A stretch of DNA of 64,000 nucleotides from Phoronis australis (taxonomy: Eukaryota > Animalia > Phoronida): NCBI GenBank assembly GCA_002633005.1, contig NMRA01000174.1:642867-706866 (forward strand). Reading direction: 5' to 3'. How positions within the stretch are numbered: the first letter of the stretch is position 1; each line of letters begins with the position of its first letter. Of this stretch, positions 12,801 to 24,754 are shown one piece after another. Made by a program: the position numbers and the translations under genes. The notes below the pieces were generated by a model. That model was not told the origin of the DNA, did no database searches, and saw nothing but the letters and a program-made list of their open reading frames with translations.

Positions 12801-15800
12801 CTTCGATGTCTTGTCTGATCTCATCTGAAAATAATAAAGTCCACGTTTATCACCACGTTACGCTCCTGCAATAGAAATCAAATGCAACACCTTACAAACC
12901 AGCCTCAAAAGAGCGCAGAAAAAACTTTTAAAATTCGGCATCACAAACTAGTGCAGCTCTCAACGGCAGATCTAGCATGTTACCTGGGGAGGGTAGGACC
13001 ACCACAAAAATGACAGTTCTAAAAATGGCATACACGAGGTAGTTTGGGGCACCCCTAAGTCTGCCTCTGGCACTCTCCACATCCCACAAACTACATTAAT
13101 CTATGTTCAACTTACATGTCGACTCCAGTCTGAATAGGTTAAAGTTCCTCAGTAGATAGTCATGTAACGTGAGAAACTGTAAGTTCAGTTTGGGAAGAGC
13201 AAGGCAACCTGAAACAAAAAGTGGAGACACAATATGTAACGGATTTCGGAAAGACTGTAGAACTACGATTTGTTTAGTTAAAGGAGAGGTTGGGCGTGCA
13301 CATTCTGCACTCACAACTGTAGTATGTCTCTTACGTTGGGACACACCTGGATTTCAATGGCAAGTGTTGTTTTGTTTTGAATATTAGTCAAAAAATAAAC
13401 CAGGAACTCAAATAAAGCGAGTGAGTGGTTTCAAAATTGGAAGCTTGAAGGTGGTATTTGTAGCATATTAACACAGGACACTACCCCTTCCCGATTTAAT
13501 ACATTTTTTCTCACCATGCACTATCAAACGTGAACTTGAAACATGTAATACCATCAACCTGAGGTCTCACATTTATCTACTCTAAGGAAATGCCACAACA
13601 GAGACCAGGGTCCAATCCCCAAACTCAGACCTGACCAAACACTTGATGACTAATCATGCCGTACAATTCGAGTACAAATTTGTTTACTAAAAGCATGCCA
13701 TATAATTGCTCAATTTTAGAGTCAAGTTTCCAACACAAAGATTAGATCCCAGCCAAGGTTTGTTTCACTAAAATTTTGTAACTTTATGACGTTTCTATAA
13801 GTCCAAGCCGAAACTTACGACCAGTCAGTGCAAGTTTTATTGCATGTTTCTGTTTAAACTGTGTAAAACGATCCATTTTTGCGAACCAGGCCTCTGGCAC
13901 TTAGAAACTCTCAATAAATATTTGCCCACTGAGTACTTGCCTTCACCAGAGAAGTATTCCATTGGCACAATATTTTCATCCCAGACAATTTCCTCAGTTG
14001 GGTAGAGTGGCATCTCATTCAAGGCTTGCAGCTGTGATGCTCTTCGTTCGTGTCTCGATACCTTTAAGGAAACAGAATCAAATAATTATTCAATTGTAAT
14101 TACTTAATGCCTCAGTGAAGAACTAAGCACAAATATTTGAAATTGGTTCAGTCAATTTGTGCATTTTCACAAAATGAAATTAGACAACAAGCCGAGTGAC
14201 CATCTTGTCCATTGAGCTGTTTACAAATCAAAGAACTAACAGTAAGCCAATAGTTACACTATCCTACATAAACTACAATTAAAATGTTGACTACTGCTAT
14301 AGTAGAAGCCAAAAGTATTTAGACAAATGACCCTGACTTTCTGTCATGACAGCTGGGCAGAAGCCGAATTCATAGTTTGAAATTATCCCTCAGAAACTAC
14401 GTGGAATCAAAAGGACGGTTCGTACGTTGGCTATGCCATTCTGAAATTAGAATTTTGTCACTCCAATACTTATTACCAGTCATTTTGCTGTCAACAGAAT
14501 TAGTCACCATGACCCGGTAATGGTATTTTGTCTGATTACTTTTGTCTTGTATTGCATGTGTTCACACAAATATCAACATTCAACTCCATCAGCACTAAAA
14601 GCAATTTATTCAAACAATGCTGTGTACCTACCAATAATTCAAGAAGAAAATCATTCTCGTAGACATTTTCCTTGCCTTCCTCTGGATGTGGCAAGAGGTT
14701 AAGAAAGGCAGCAATTTCGTGCAGCTTAGAATTGCTGAAAAACACAATGTTCTCATGAGTTCCTAGAGTTAGTTTGAAGCTTTGCTCATTGCAAAATGCT
14801 ACTTCGAGAAGATCATTAATCGTTAACTGAGTTACATATCCTTGTTTCAAAAAATGTCATACTTGGACGCACTCTTGGTGGGACATTATTACGACAACTG
14901 AAAGGTTCACTTTAAATGTTGATACTTCAGTGTGCCATAAACTGGAAAAAACAAAGAGTAATTATCCAGAGTAAGGACCAGCCTGACCAGTTCCGTCGAG
15001 ACTCAGTGTTTGGTGATGGCTGTTACTAGCTTCAAGTAATTCACATATACAAGCTGGTTGTGTACAAAGAATCTCTGATCAGTTCATGTAACACTAAGAT
15101 CTACAATGTATCATTACCTAAGAGCTTCAAAGTGCTTCAGTAGATTTTGTCTGGTATCAATGGCCGACACATTGCTCAGGGCAAACTCATTTAGTTCCTC
15201 ATTGAAGTTCTTGAATGCAGCTTTCTGCAATCAGACAGCAGAAAACGTCAACAAAAACAGCCAATCAGAGTTGAACAAGTATACATCAATAAGCGAATAT
15301 TAGGAATCGTACTGATGAAAAGCAAGTCACGTTGTTACTTTACGCTCACTACCATGTCACTTAAAAATCTGAATAATTGATAACTTCTAATCGGAAGGCA
15401 CGCATAATCATATTTTTGGGGCCAATGCCCATGTGTACATAATGCAATAAATAATCACATTTTGCCCTGGTACGCTTGATAGAATACAGATCATAACAGT
15501 ATGCCGAAATTATGAAACTGGTGGTATGCAACACTCGAGGACATATTTAGCATGACACAAACAGCTTACCTCTCCCTACAGTCATACCTGCAGTGACGTG
15601 ATCTTGTCATAGTGTAAGTCAGTCATCTCATGATCTGTTAGGGCTTCCCCACTCTCATCATTAATTTCAAATCCAGTATAAAACATCAGCATATCAAGCA
15701 GCTAAAAGGAAATAGATTGATAATACAATTGAAACAATTTTCTAAGCAAGCTTTACTGACCGGTCATCTTCAGATTCTCAGCTTGAATTACTTAAACCTA

Positions 15801-18800
15801 TACGTGGCCATTATTACTGAAAAGTTGTCCCCAGTAACTTTGGCCAAACATAAAATTACTAATGGAATTATGTAATTTATACGTGTCTGAATAATTGCCG
15901 TCATTGGTACAAAAACATTTGCTCTTAGCTTAGTCGAGGACACAAAGAGAAATTAGTGGTCCCAATGTGACAACAGTCCTAGAAGTAGACATTCCAGACA
16001 TTCCTCCATTCAAGTAGTCACGTGAAACCCTTAACCCATAAGCTGATCTACGGTATAATTCCTCAATTTGGGACAAAAATAATTGCTAAAATTGCCACAT
16101 TTCTATTTTTCAGAGGCTTGCCACATAAGTTGTATATGCTCAAGTTTTAACCAAATGTTGTTTGGTAATAATAACAAAATACAAACCATGATAAGAGCAA
16201 AACAAATTTTCCTGAAAAGTTATTTTTGTTGAGAAATTTGACTGGTCATCTAAATCGTGTCCCAAACTGAAGAATTTTTACCGTAATCAGATGTTAGAAA
16301 TAGGAGCCCTTATTCATTAGCACCACCTAGTGAGTATAAAATCTCCCATTTAAAACCAGTGAAATACTACTGGTGAAAGTGATGGCCACCCTCTGGTGCA
16401 ACTGACCTGAGTGAACAGTTTACCATCCTCTCGTTTGTACAGTGGTGACATCTTGCTTTTAACAACAACGTGCGCATCATCGAGCAATGTGTTGAAGAAC
16501 CGGCGTGTCGGTAGGAGGGCTTCTAGATCAACCAGCATTTCGACAAATCGTTCGCAGTAATGAATTTTGTCTTTAGAAACTTCTCCTAGAACAGTATTAC
16601 TTTTGATGAGGTACTAACAAAATCATCTTTACTGAGAAACTACAAAACTGAAATTTGGCACTCCGTTATCTTTAAAAATCTGAGAGACAGTTTTAACAAA
16701 TGTAACAAAAAGAATCAAATTTTCCACCTCACAAATAGATTAGTGAGATTAGCACAATTACATTTACAAAAAATCTGACTGAAATAACATAGAAAGGTTG
16801 AATACCGATTTAATACCAACTTTTTCACAGGACATTTTTGTGTTCAAACATTACGCCTGCTTACCCTTTTCTGGAATAGAGGCAAGTACAGAAAAGTACT
16901 TCACTAAAAGTTTCGACAGAAAACGTCTCTCCCAGTCCACCAGCTCTTTCTGTTTCTCATCCAGCTGGTTGTCTCGCTTTTTGATAACATTCCAGAACTT
17001 TTTGTACTTTGGATTGCCCTTGAGAATTTGGTCTCGCCGACTCTAAAAATGAGTAAAAAATTTAATGACATATTGCGTCAAACTTTTCCTCAGCTGTTCT
17101 CACCAAAAACTACCTTTCTTCGAACCATCAGGCTGCACAGTACATCAAGTGCGAACTTCAGTCAGTATCATCAACAGTTGCCCTCAATCTCTCATACATG
17201 CAAAGTGGGTGTAAAACACTCATTCCCAAGAAGGCTTGCCCATGTGTAGGTAGAACCTAATTAGACGTTATTCCAGACTTTTGCTACAACACAACGTCAC
17301 AGCACCACCTAAGGAGTGGCTTGTACAACAATGTGTGACACGCAAAATTCCTTGAATGGGTGTTAACATGCACACCCTGTTTTGAGCAGCTGGGCATCTG
17401 CTGTAAAGATATGACCAGGGAATGAACCGGACAAGTATTGATGGATTATTCTGTCGTACTATTAGACACCTTGCTTTCATCAGCCAGAAAACATGAACGT
17501 AATAATGTGGAATACATAGTCCGTGACAACCGCAATTCAGAATTAAGGTATTTTTCAACTTCCAAACAATCATAATGAACTTGTTTTAGTTGTGTTTCCT
17601 ATATAACATATTTCAGATGCTTAGCAACAAAATGGCTTCAAATCCAGACTGGTATTAATGCTAACCTATGTCAAAATGTTAAGGTATTTTTACAAACCCA
17701 ACTTACCTGTAATATGTTTATCCATATTGGCAATGAAACCAGGCGCTGAACCTGTTCTCGAATTAAGTCAATTTCCTGGAAAAACAAGCGACCTTCGTTA
17801 ACTTTCATGTGTATTTCAATGTTTGAGATGGAACAAACTATATGAGAAGTGTTAGCTATTGAATTTGCTGTGGATAACGCAAGCCCTAAAGTTCTCTAAC
17901 CATTTCAAGCTGACAATTTTTACATGAAAATCTTTTTTCTGAAATCCGATCACCTAACCAGGGGCTAGGGTCTGTGTACTCAAAATCAAATTCGAAATTA
18001 TTTTCGTCAAATTCCATTCTGCTATTGTGTAAGCTCAAGTTGCTATTACTTCGTGCCTGAGTACATAATTGTTTACAAATATGGGATTCTAGTCGATGTT
18101 TGCACTTGATGACCCCTATGTCAGTGCTACAAGCTCGAGTAAAAACTCAAGATTTTGAGTAAAACTTTTGATTTTAAGCCTTAATGCTAGGGTCATCGAG
18201 TGCAAACTAGATTAAGAAGTTATCCACGTACATAACTGAGCATAGAATAAATTACTTATCTTGAGTAGAAAATGACAAACATAATTTCAAGTTCAATTTC
18301 AAGTAAAAAGACTCCGGGCCCTGACCAGCCCTACTCAAGGATACATACCAGACTGTTGAAACAGTGTATCAAGAAGACTATCAGCTCTCTCTGTTCACTC
18401 AGTGTAATGCCATCGTCAAGTAAACTCGCCGACATTATACGGTGGAAGAAGCCTGGAAAGGTGTCCGGTTTGATCTTGAAAGGCTATGGAGCAGATAACA
18501 AATCACTGGTTAATATGAAACACTGCTGCAATTCACCGGCATGTCTAATTATTGTTATAAAGTCAAGGGCTGCAATATCAACTAATGTTAGAACTTGAGT
18601 GTTTAAATTATTTGACAGGCAGTTGGGAATCCACATAATGAGAAATATTAAGATTGGTAACTTTCATCGGTTAAACTTTACTCAACTAATGGAAGGCTGC
18701 TTTGAAATCTAACAAGTCACTAAAAGTTGTATTTTATCAAGATTTTGTTGATGTTGAGTTTAGTGCCGACAACTCACCCTCCATGCTGGAACCCGTTCTC

Positions 18801-19947
18801 GAAATTTCTCATTCACCATCACAACAATAGACATGAGGTGTGCCTGAGATGACTGTAACAGACCGCATGCAAGAAGACATTTCAATACAATTGGAAAAAT
18901 TTAGCAAAATAGAAAATACAGCATGGAAGTTAGATACACTATATGAAACTAGTGCATGACAAACACAAGAAAGTTTACTTATTGGTCATGGGAACATGTA
19001 ACTCAGTAAGGATGAATATCTGAACTGGTTCCGTTTGGCCATTTGTGAGTTTCGATACAAAATACTTCCACTTTATAGATATTGCAGCTCATTTGAACCG
19101 CTGACCGAGACCGACCAAGCTAGAAATACTAATCGTAATACACTATAGAATAGTTATCTCTCCGTAACATGAAACCTTCATTTTGATCATAATCACCCCA
19201 TTGGGAGATTTTTATTCCAAGATAATTATTTAAAGCCCAACTACAGTGCCATCATTAAAAAACATTATTACAGTTCATGTTTTGGGATGGAACCCTCTAT
19301 CTTGTTTCATTAACATGGCAAGCCAGCACTCCAAATTACACGTAATCACACCATGGAGAAAATAGACTTCACCGATTGCTTCAACAGGAAGGTTTGTTTC
19401 TATCAACTAGATTTATTCAAGTTCGCTACTTCAGCTTGACCTAATTAACACCAACCTGAACTTCAGTAGCAACTATCACATATAGCACCAACCTTATCAG
19501 GGTTAAAGTTTGGCCACAGATAATTCTCCAAGTATTGACTGAATTCTAACACCATAATTCTTCTGATGTAGAACTTGGAACCAAGAATTTCTTTCTTGTA
19601 AATGTCTTCTATGACCTAAAAGAACACAAAATAACAATATCCAGTCACAGAGTGTAACAAATGTAAAGCACACATACCAAAAAAATTATCGTTCTTTGTT
19701 GGACAAAACATGATCACTGTAAATACCATAATTTATGTCTAAGGATATCTACATACAAATTACAGCACTTTAATACAAATTGCAAGACAGTCGATGATCT
19801 CCCATACTCTACCTGAGCATTGAACGGTGCCCTCGTCTCAGCACTGTGTGGGGCCCAGAATTTGCTGGCCAATCCAGTGATTTTGTCAGTCTGCAACTGT
19901 TCTACTGTGGGGGCAGGACCCCTTGGCTTCACAGTGTTTGCTGCCAT
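899..19947 (-). CDS. AQR: RNA helicase Aquarius (intron-binding protein IBP160), spliced; 3' end not found in window
   Basis: Coding exons in transcript order: 19813-19947 (ATG at 19947), 19493-19615, 18778-18852, 18349-18483, 17707-17775, 16865-17042, 16407-16585, 15588-15701, 15118-15224, 14632-14734, 12251-12371, 11439-11531, 11122-11170, 10409-10587, 9933-10100, 9632-9738, 9270-9439, 8681-8812, 8224-8367, 7821-7890, 6900-7010, 6590-6699, 5476-5611, 4838-5038, 4389-4526, 3842-3913, 3234-3421, 2590-2761, 2074-2244, 1248-1445, 899-961. Phases are consistent: 4011 nt, 1337 codons. Upf1-like SF1 motifs [39 protein letters not shown] and AQR-specific [17 protein letters not shown]. The last exon ends at a donor, so more exons follow. 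Confidence 0.97.
4005..4133. repeat. Minisatellite, about 34-39 bp unit, about 3.5 copies
   Basis: Repeated AACAAAATGGGGTCATGATTTACAGCACT in an AQR intron. Confidence 0.9.
6241..6598 (-). repeat. Degenerate tandem array (34-54 bp spacing) built from copies of an AQR exon/intron junction
   Basis: Eight copies related to TTCAGTAG|GTAAGTGGTG (minus strand) follow the real donor at 6589. Confidence 0.85.
9564..9585. repeat. (TG)n microsatellite
   Basis: About 11 TG units. Confidence 0.95.
12776..14061 (-). other. AQR: Second copy of three AQR exons (12776-12824, 13116-13208, 13941-14061) in a duplicated block; probably an alternate haplotype
   Basis: 12571-14259 repeats 10908-12569 directly after a single N at 12570. 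Exon peptides are identical; one synonymous change (CCG/CCA) was seen. Confidence 0.85.
16049..16285. mobile_element. MITE, Tc1/mariner-pogo type
   Basis: About 27 bp TIRs, TACGGTATAATTCCTCAATTTGGGACA and TGTCCCAAACTGAAGAATTTTTACCGTA, bounded by TA. Confidence 0.8.
17960..18323. mobile_element. Old MITE, probably PIF/Harbinger-related
   Basis: Degenerate 41 bp TIRs (CAGGGG..ACTCAAAATCAAATTCGAAATT and AATTTCAAGTTCAATTTCAAGT..GCCCTG). Shares CTCGAGTAAAAACTC with the element at 36859. Confidence 0.55.
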
Positions 19948-21297
19948 GACTGTCAACAGCTACCAACTGAAAGAAAATGGTAAAAACTTGACATTTTGTT
20001 TACTAACATTATCACATAATCTGAATTATCATTGAGCACGGATAGTTTGGTGAAGTGGTCAGAGGAAAATCATTTAATTTGAATGTAAAAATATTGTAAG
20101 AGTATAAACAATCATCGTAAATTCTTAACCAACAATGACTAACTTCTTACATCAGTGACACAAATTTCAAAAGAAAAAAATTGTTGGTAGATATAAAATA
20201 TTCACCTGAACACAACAAAATACTGTAGTTAATAATTTAATCTATGAAAATTTAGTATTTTCCACTCTGAATACATGGGAAACATTCAATGGCAGTTTTT
20301 AGACTCATCGTGAAATTGTGTATTGGTCATTGGACAATTAACCTTTGTGTTGAAACTTGGAGGACTTAAGGTCAGTGACAGAAGGATCTTCAACACTGTT
20401 CTTTCTTCACAAGATTGCGCACTGTTCTCAGACACTGCCAACTGCCAGAAGTGGTTTCACTTCGTTAGTAGTTCTAAGTACTTTATCACCAGCAAACTGA
20501 AATTCTGAGGAAATTTTGCTTCAAAGAAACCAAACCAAAAGTCGAGAATATGAACAGATTAGATGGAATAAAAGAAAAACATAAATAAAGCTGATGTAGA
20601 TACAACTGTAAAAAGACAAAGTTTCCAATCGAGGCAATACAGCATAACCTCACAGAAATCACAGTTATTACAATCACAGTGATAATCTTTTAAAATCTTT
20701 CCATGAGTTTATCAAATTCCTCAAAGCTCGAGGCTGCTTATAGACAATGAGGAAGGGTGTTCTATTACCCCTTGATACTTTAAGCCAATGTAATCACACC
20801 TGTTTCTATTGAACTGGGAAATTTAGAGAGTTTACACTTCGGAAGCTACAATTGAGGCCTTGAGACAAACAGTGTGCTCTGGTTAACAGATTTAAATACT
20901 TTAGGAAGATACTGAGACAATTAAGTCATTGAAAACAAAGCGCAGAGTCCTGCACTGAACTTTCTCTCTCAGTTTTTCTTCCTATTTGTTCACTTCTTAA
21001 CTTAGTTAACATACGCATATGTTTGAGTGGACAGAACTCCCTATTCGATTTTTACCAAACGGTTCGGCTTCACATGCACCATACACCATTTAAGAAAAAG
21101 AATTCCCTGAAGCATTTGCAGCCCTATGGTTAGAGGTGAGCCATTTCAAAGCCTCTTTAGCTGAGTTATTTAGGGACCAAGGCATTCCAGGGCTAGAGTT
21201 CTATGGCATGCTTAAACCATTGTCCATAAAACTTTAACATTTCAGGTCATCACAGACATCAGTGTAATAGACAGACATAGCACAGTACAATATAGAC

Positions 21298-21820
21298 AGT
21301 GACCACCGTCTCTAGCTGGCCAGTAGAGATGGTGTAGTTCCTTTAGGAGCTTCACATGGCGGAAGCTTTTCAGCGAATTATGCCTCACACTGATTAAAAT
21401 ATCACAGTCACGTTGTTATAAATACCTTTTGCGCATAGAGGGACACCTTAGGAGGTCGTCGATGTCTAGAATTCCTTCCAACTTGAACAAATACTCCCGA
21501 TTTTGGAAACTGAACGAAGGACTACTTGAAGAAAAAGTTTGATAACGGAAGTATTTGTTTGAGTTGGAAGGAATTAAAGACATCGATGGCCTCTTAGTGA
21601 TATTAGCCTTCGGCTAGTGTTCGTCTGTTTTCAAAACAGTTTTGTCAAACTGACTCTAAATAAAGAGATTGATTGATTGATTGAGGCTAAGGGGTTCCTC
21701 TATGTGCAAAAGGTACTTATAACAATGTGACTTTCATGTTTTAGTCGGTGTGAGGCATAATAATGAAGCTCCTATAGGAACTACACTGTCTCTACTGGCC
21801 AGCTAGAGACAGTGATCACT
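21298..21820. mobile_element. Foldback (near-palindromic) MITE with a nested LINE 3' tail
   Basis: Arms of about 200 bp are reverse complements (AGTGACCACCGTCTCTAGCTGGCCAGTAGAGA and TCTCTACTGGCCAGCTAGAGACAGTGATCACT). A related partial copy lies at about 56800-56860. Confidence 0.85.
21594..21684 (+). mobile_element. 5'-truncated LINE (L2/CR1-group-like) 3' end
   Basis: Present in only one arm of the foldback. Stem-loop TAGCCTTCGGCTA, then AATAAA and a (GATT)4 tail. Confidence 0.6.
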
Positions 21821-22019
21821 AAACTAGTGTAGTAACTTAGTAAGTAGAGTAAGAGCAAGGGCTTTTCCGAGCACCGGCACCTTTCCACTCTGTCAATGAG
21901 GGCTACACCAATTGGTGATCATCATAGACAGCGCTGTGACAACATTTTCTATCACATGTCCAAAAAGTTTCAAATCATTTGCTTTAGTTTACGACTCAGA
22001 GAACTAACAAAACCCCAAG

Positions 22020-22415
22020 TTACTCACACAACTGAGAAAATAGTGTACGCTACAGCAGCGTGATTCCGCGGAGCGACATTAAAGTAAATGTAATGCTTTT
22101 AAATTTGTTAGAATAGGTTTATATCTTCTCAAACGTGTTCAAAAGATAAAGTGTGGCAATTATGATAATATCTCGAGTGATTTTAAAATTAAAATATAAA
22201 ATGTTTTCAATTTTTGTTTTTAGCGTAACGAGACTTTGGCTGTATTTCACTCCTACCAAAAGGTCCCGTATGTAGGTCAGCCTTTTGGGGGACGTTTGAC
22301 AGGATTGATATAGGCCGATATTTTCTGTGTAGTAGGCCTAGCGTACACCTGCAGGTCGAAAGTGATGATTGTTGAAAGGGAAACCTGGCCGTGTTAGCCA
22401 TTGCTAGGTAAGAAC
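22020..22415. promoter_or_regulatory. Probable bidirectional promoter and non-coding first exons of AQR and PGGHG
   Basis: Both first coding exons begin with acceptors (AQR exon start 19966; PGGHG 24739), so UTR exons lie between them. Divergent candidate donors: minus-strand GTGAGT at about 22027 and plus-strand AG|GTAAGA at about 22408. Local CpG retention. Confidence 0.45.
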
Positions 22416-24013
22416 AGAGTTATAATAAAAGTCACCATAATCATGTGATGTATTCCGTATTCCTACAGGTTCATTAGCTGGCTTCTAGACATGCCAGTTA
22501 TAACAAAATAACACAGCTATCCGAGCTTGAATAACCCAATATAGGTGCTCATCCCTGATGGTTTAATTGCAAGCTGAAAGACTGCCAGCAGCCTCCTGCT
22601 AGCAGTATAAATAAAACATCCGAGGAACCATTAAGTTGACAAATCGCAAGACACCACAGAAAGATCAAGGACATTTTGTTGACGATTACAACATTGCTAG
22701 AACGATGCTGTCAGCCCTCATAAATTGTGATTGTAGTTGTGATCAAACCCAGCACTACTCTAACGTAGTACTTCCTTATTTAGAGAACCAGTATCACCCA
22801 CTGAATAAATAGGACCATTATTCAGTGATTGCTTGGTTCACAAAATGAGGGACAACTATATTCCACAATTGTCGTCAACCATCTCCCTCATGTAATATGC
22901 CAGAACCTTAGAGTGATACCTTAAAGGAGCATGCCACCCAAACAACAACCTAATTTGTATCAATTTAGATCGAGTAGTTCTACTCCATAATGACACGTAC
23001 GGTTGCGTTACCTGACACCTTACGGCAGACGGAGGTATTGAAATTATCCAATGACCTCATCGCAGTTCACAATACAGGTTACTGGTGTCAGCTTATTGCT
23101 TAAAGTCATCGTTTAACACCAATAAATCATCAAACTTCGATATAAAACCCGTAAAATACACCGAGTTCTTATAAAAACGTTTTGTTTTATTTCGCTCTTA
23201 CGGATTTATTGGTATTTGGACATACCGTAGCCTACAAAGTTTGGCAGGCCAATAATGTCCGTAGCAGGAGTTTGGGGTCTGTTCGGAGATAATTTCAAAG
23301 TATTTTCCATGAGATACAGACAGGAGAACCTAGATCTGTGTTGTTTAGACTTGCGATTTTTTGAGTTCTAAACACAAAACGCTTGTTAACCTGGCTAGTG
23401 GCTCGGAGCCCGATAAGGCCCATCGCGGCCGGCCGGACTGACTCGTTATCCCGGCCTGTGTCTTGGAAACTGATCAGACATCACAAACATAAACCAGCCA
23501 AAGTTTAGTGGAAACTAAACTTCCAGCCAAGAAAATACTATACTAGTGAGCCAAAGTAATGTGCACCTGATTATGTTGGTGAATTAGCCACGAAACTGCA
23601 AATCTATTTACTCGTCGGGGGCCGCGAATTCAGTTCCGCAGTTGGCCACAGCACCGTCAGGGCAGAAATTGTACATTGACAATCATTATTTGAGTAATGT
23701 AAATAAAGATTCCCCTAACACCAGGCCGTGGGATGGAAATCGAGTTGTTTCACAACAGTTTCTGCCAGCAAACACGAAATTAGCATGTGCTCACACGGTC
23801 TAGGTGTCCCGTCAATTACTTTTATTGCACCTAAAGTCGGGTAACGCAGTGATTTATTCATTGTTGGCTTTTCAAATCCTTTGCACTCACGAACACTACA
23901 AAGGCATTACAAATTGCATCTAATGAGACAGACGTTGTTTCAATTTTATATAAGTATTGTTTAGGGTGAGAATAATACATTTTGAAACAGAACGCTCAGT
24001 AATAAACGCCAAC

Positions 24014-24190
24014 ATGGCAACTCGCAATCCCGACTTTGGACGAGCTAGAGCTCATCAGTCCCGACTTTGCAGGTGGATCGTTAAGCTTTACAGGCTATCA
24101 ATTCGAACAGGAATACAGTGATGAAGAAATACTAGAGAGGCGCCGTGAACAAGCTCAGACAACGGAACGTATGGAGTTATTTGGTAAGCC
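24014..24190 (+). pseudogene. Possible N-terminal remnant of the Kolobok accessory (KolX-like) gene
   Basis: GYQFEQEYSDEEILERR resembles the recalled Y-x-F-E-P-E acidic N-terminus of KolX/P2X7-ballast-like proteins. The ATG at 24014 is out of frame; a donor-like GTAAG follows at 24184. Confidence 0.45.
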
Positions 24191-24214
24191 TGCGTTCGTC
24201 AGGCACTGCGACGT

Positions 24215-24400
24215 CTGCAGGCCACAGACATGGAGATGTTTCACGGCCTCATACTTGCTATGTACAGCGTACATTTCATTCTTCACTACCATGAGCCACT
24301 TCCTAAGCATTTCGGACTTTCGAGGAAGTAAAAAAAACGATATACCCGCTTTCCTCGCAGCTGCTTAGTTCGGACAAGCGGGAACTATGCACCGCAACAT
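24215..24400 (-). pseudogene. THAP zinc-finger remnant (N-terminus of a Kolobok transposase)
   Basis: Manual translation MLRCIVPACPN*AAARKAGISFFLLPRKSEMLRKWLMVVKNEMYAVHSKYEAVKHLHVCGLQ fits C-x4-C...P...W...VC-x2-H, with one stop and H to Q. Absent from the ORF track. Confidence 0.8.
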
Positions 24401-24754
24401 AGCGGAATTCACTCTGCATATGAACCACTGACGTCGCTAGCGTCGTTTCTCACCTTCCTCACAGGTTAACGCGACACCTCTTGGCAAGGTAAGGTCGACC
24501 GTATGAGAGGCGATGTGGATATAGACCGATTAAGACGGCAAAAAAGACTAATTAAATCGGGTGGCATTCTCCTTTAAAGTCTTCACGTTGTTATTAATGC
24601 TTGACTTCTGCCTAGGGAACTACTTTTCTATCTAGACCACTTAAAACCTGATGTGATTGGTCTCAATTAAGGGGATTTTTTTATGTTTTGTAAATTTAAC
24701 TTGCTCTAATCAACTTGATGTGACATTCATGTTTTCAGAAACACCTTGGAGAAA

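Larger units (their letters stand above)
22925..24573. mobile_element. Non-autonomous Kolobok DNA transposon (internal-deletion derivative), 1649 bp
   Basis: TTAA TSDs at 22921-22924 and 24574-24577. 15 bp TIRs AGGAGCATGCCACCC and GGGTGGCATTCTCCT (14/15). AG...CT termini. Contains THAP and KolX-like remnants. Confidence 0.88.

Noticed and set aside
24036-24368. 110 aa ORF as an independent gene
   Set aside because: It starts at TTG inside the Kolobok element and is a chimera of the KolX-like remnant and the antisense of the THAP remnant.
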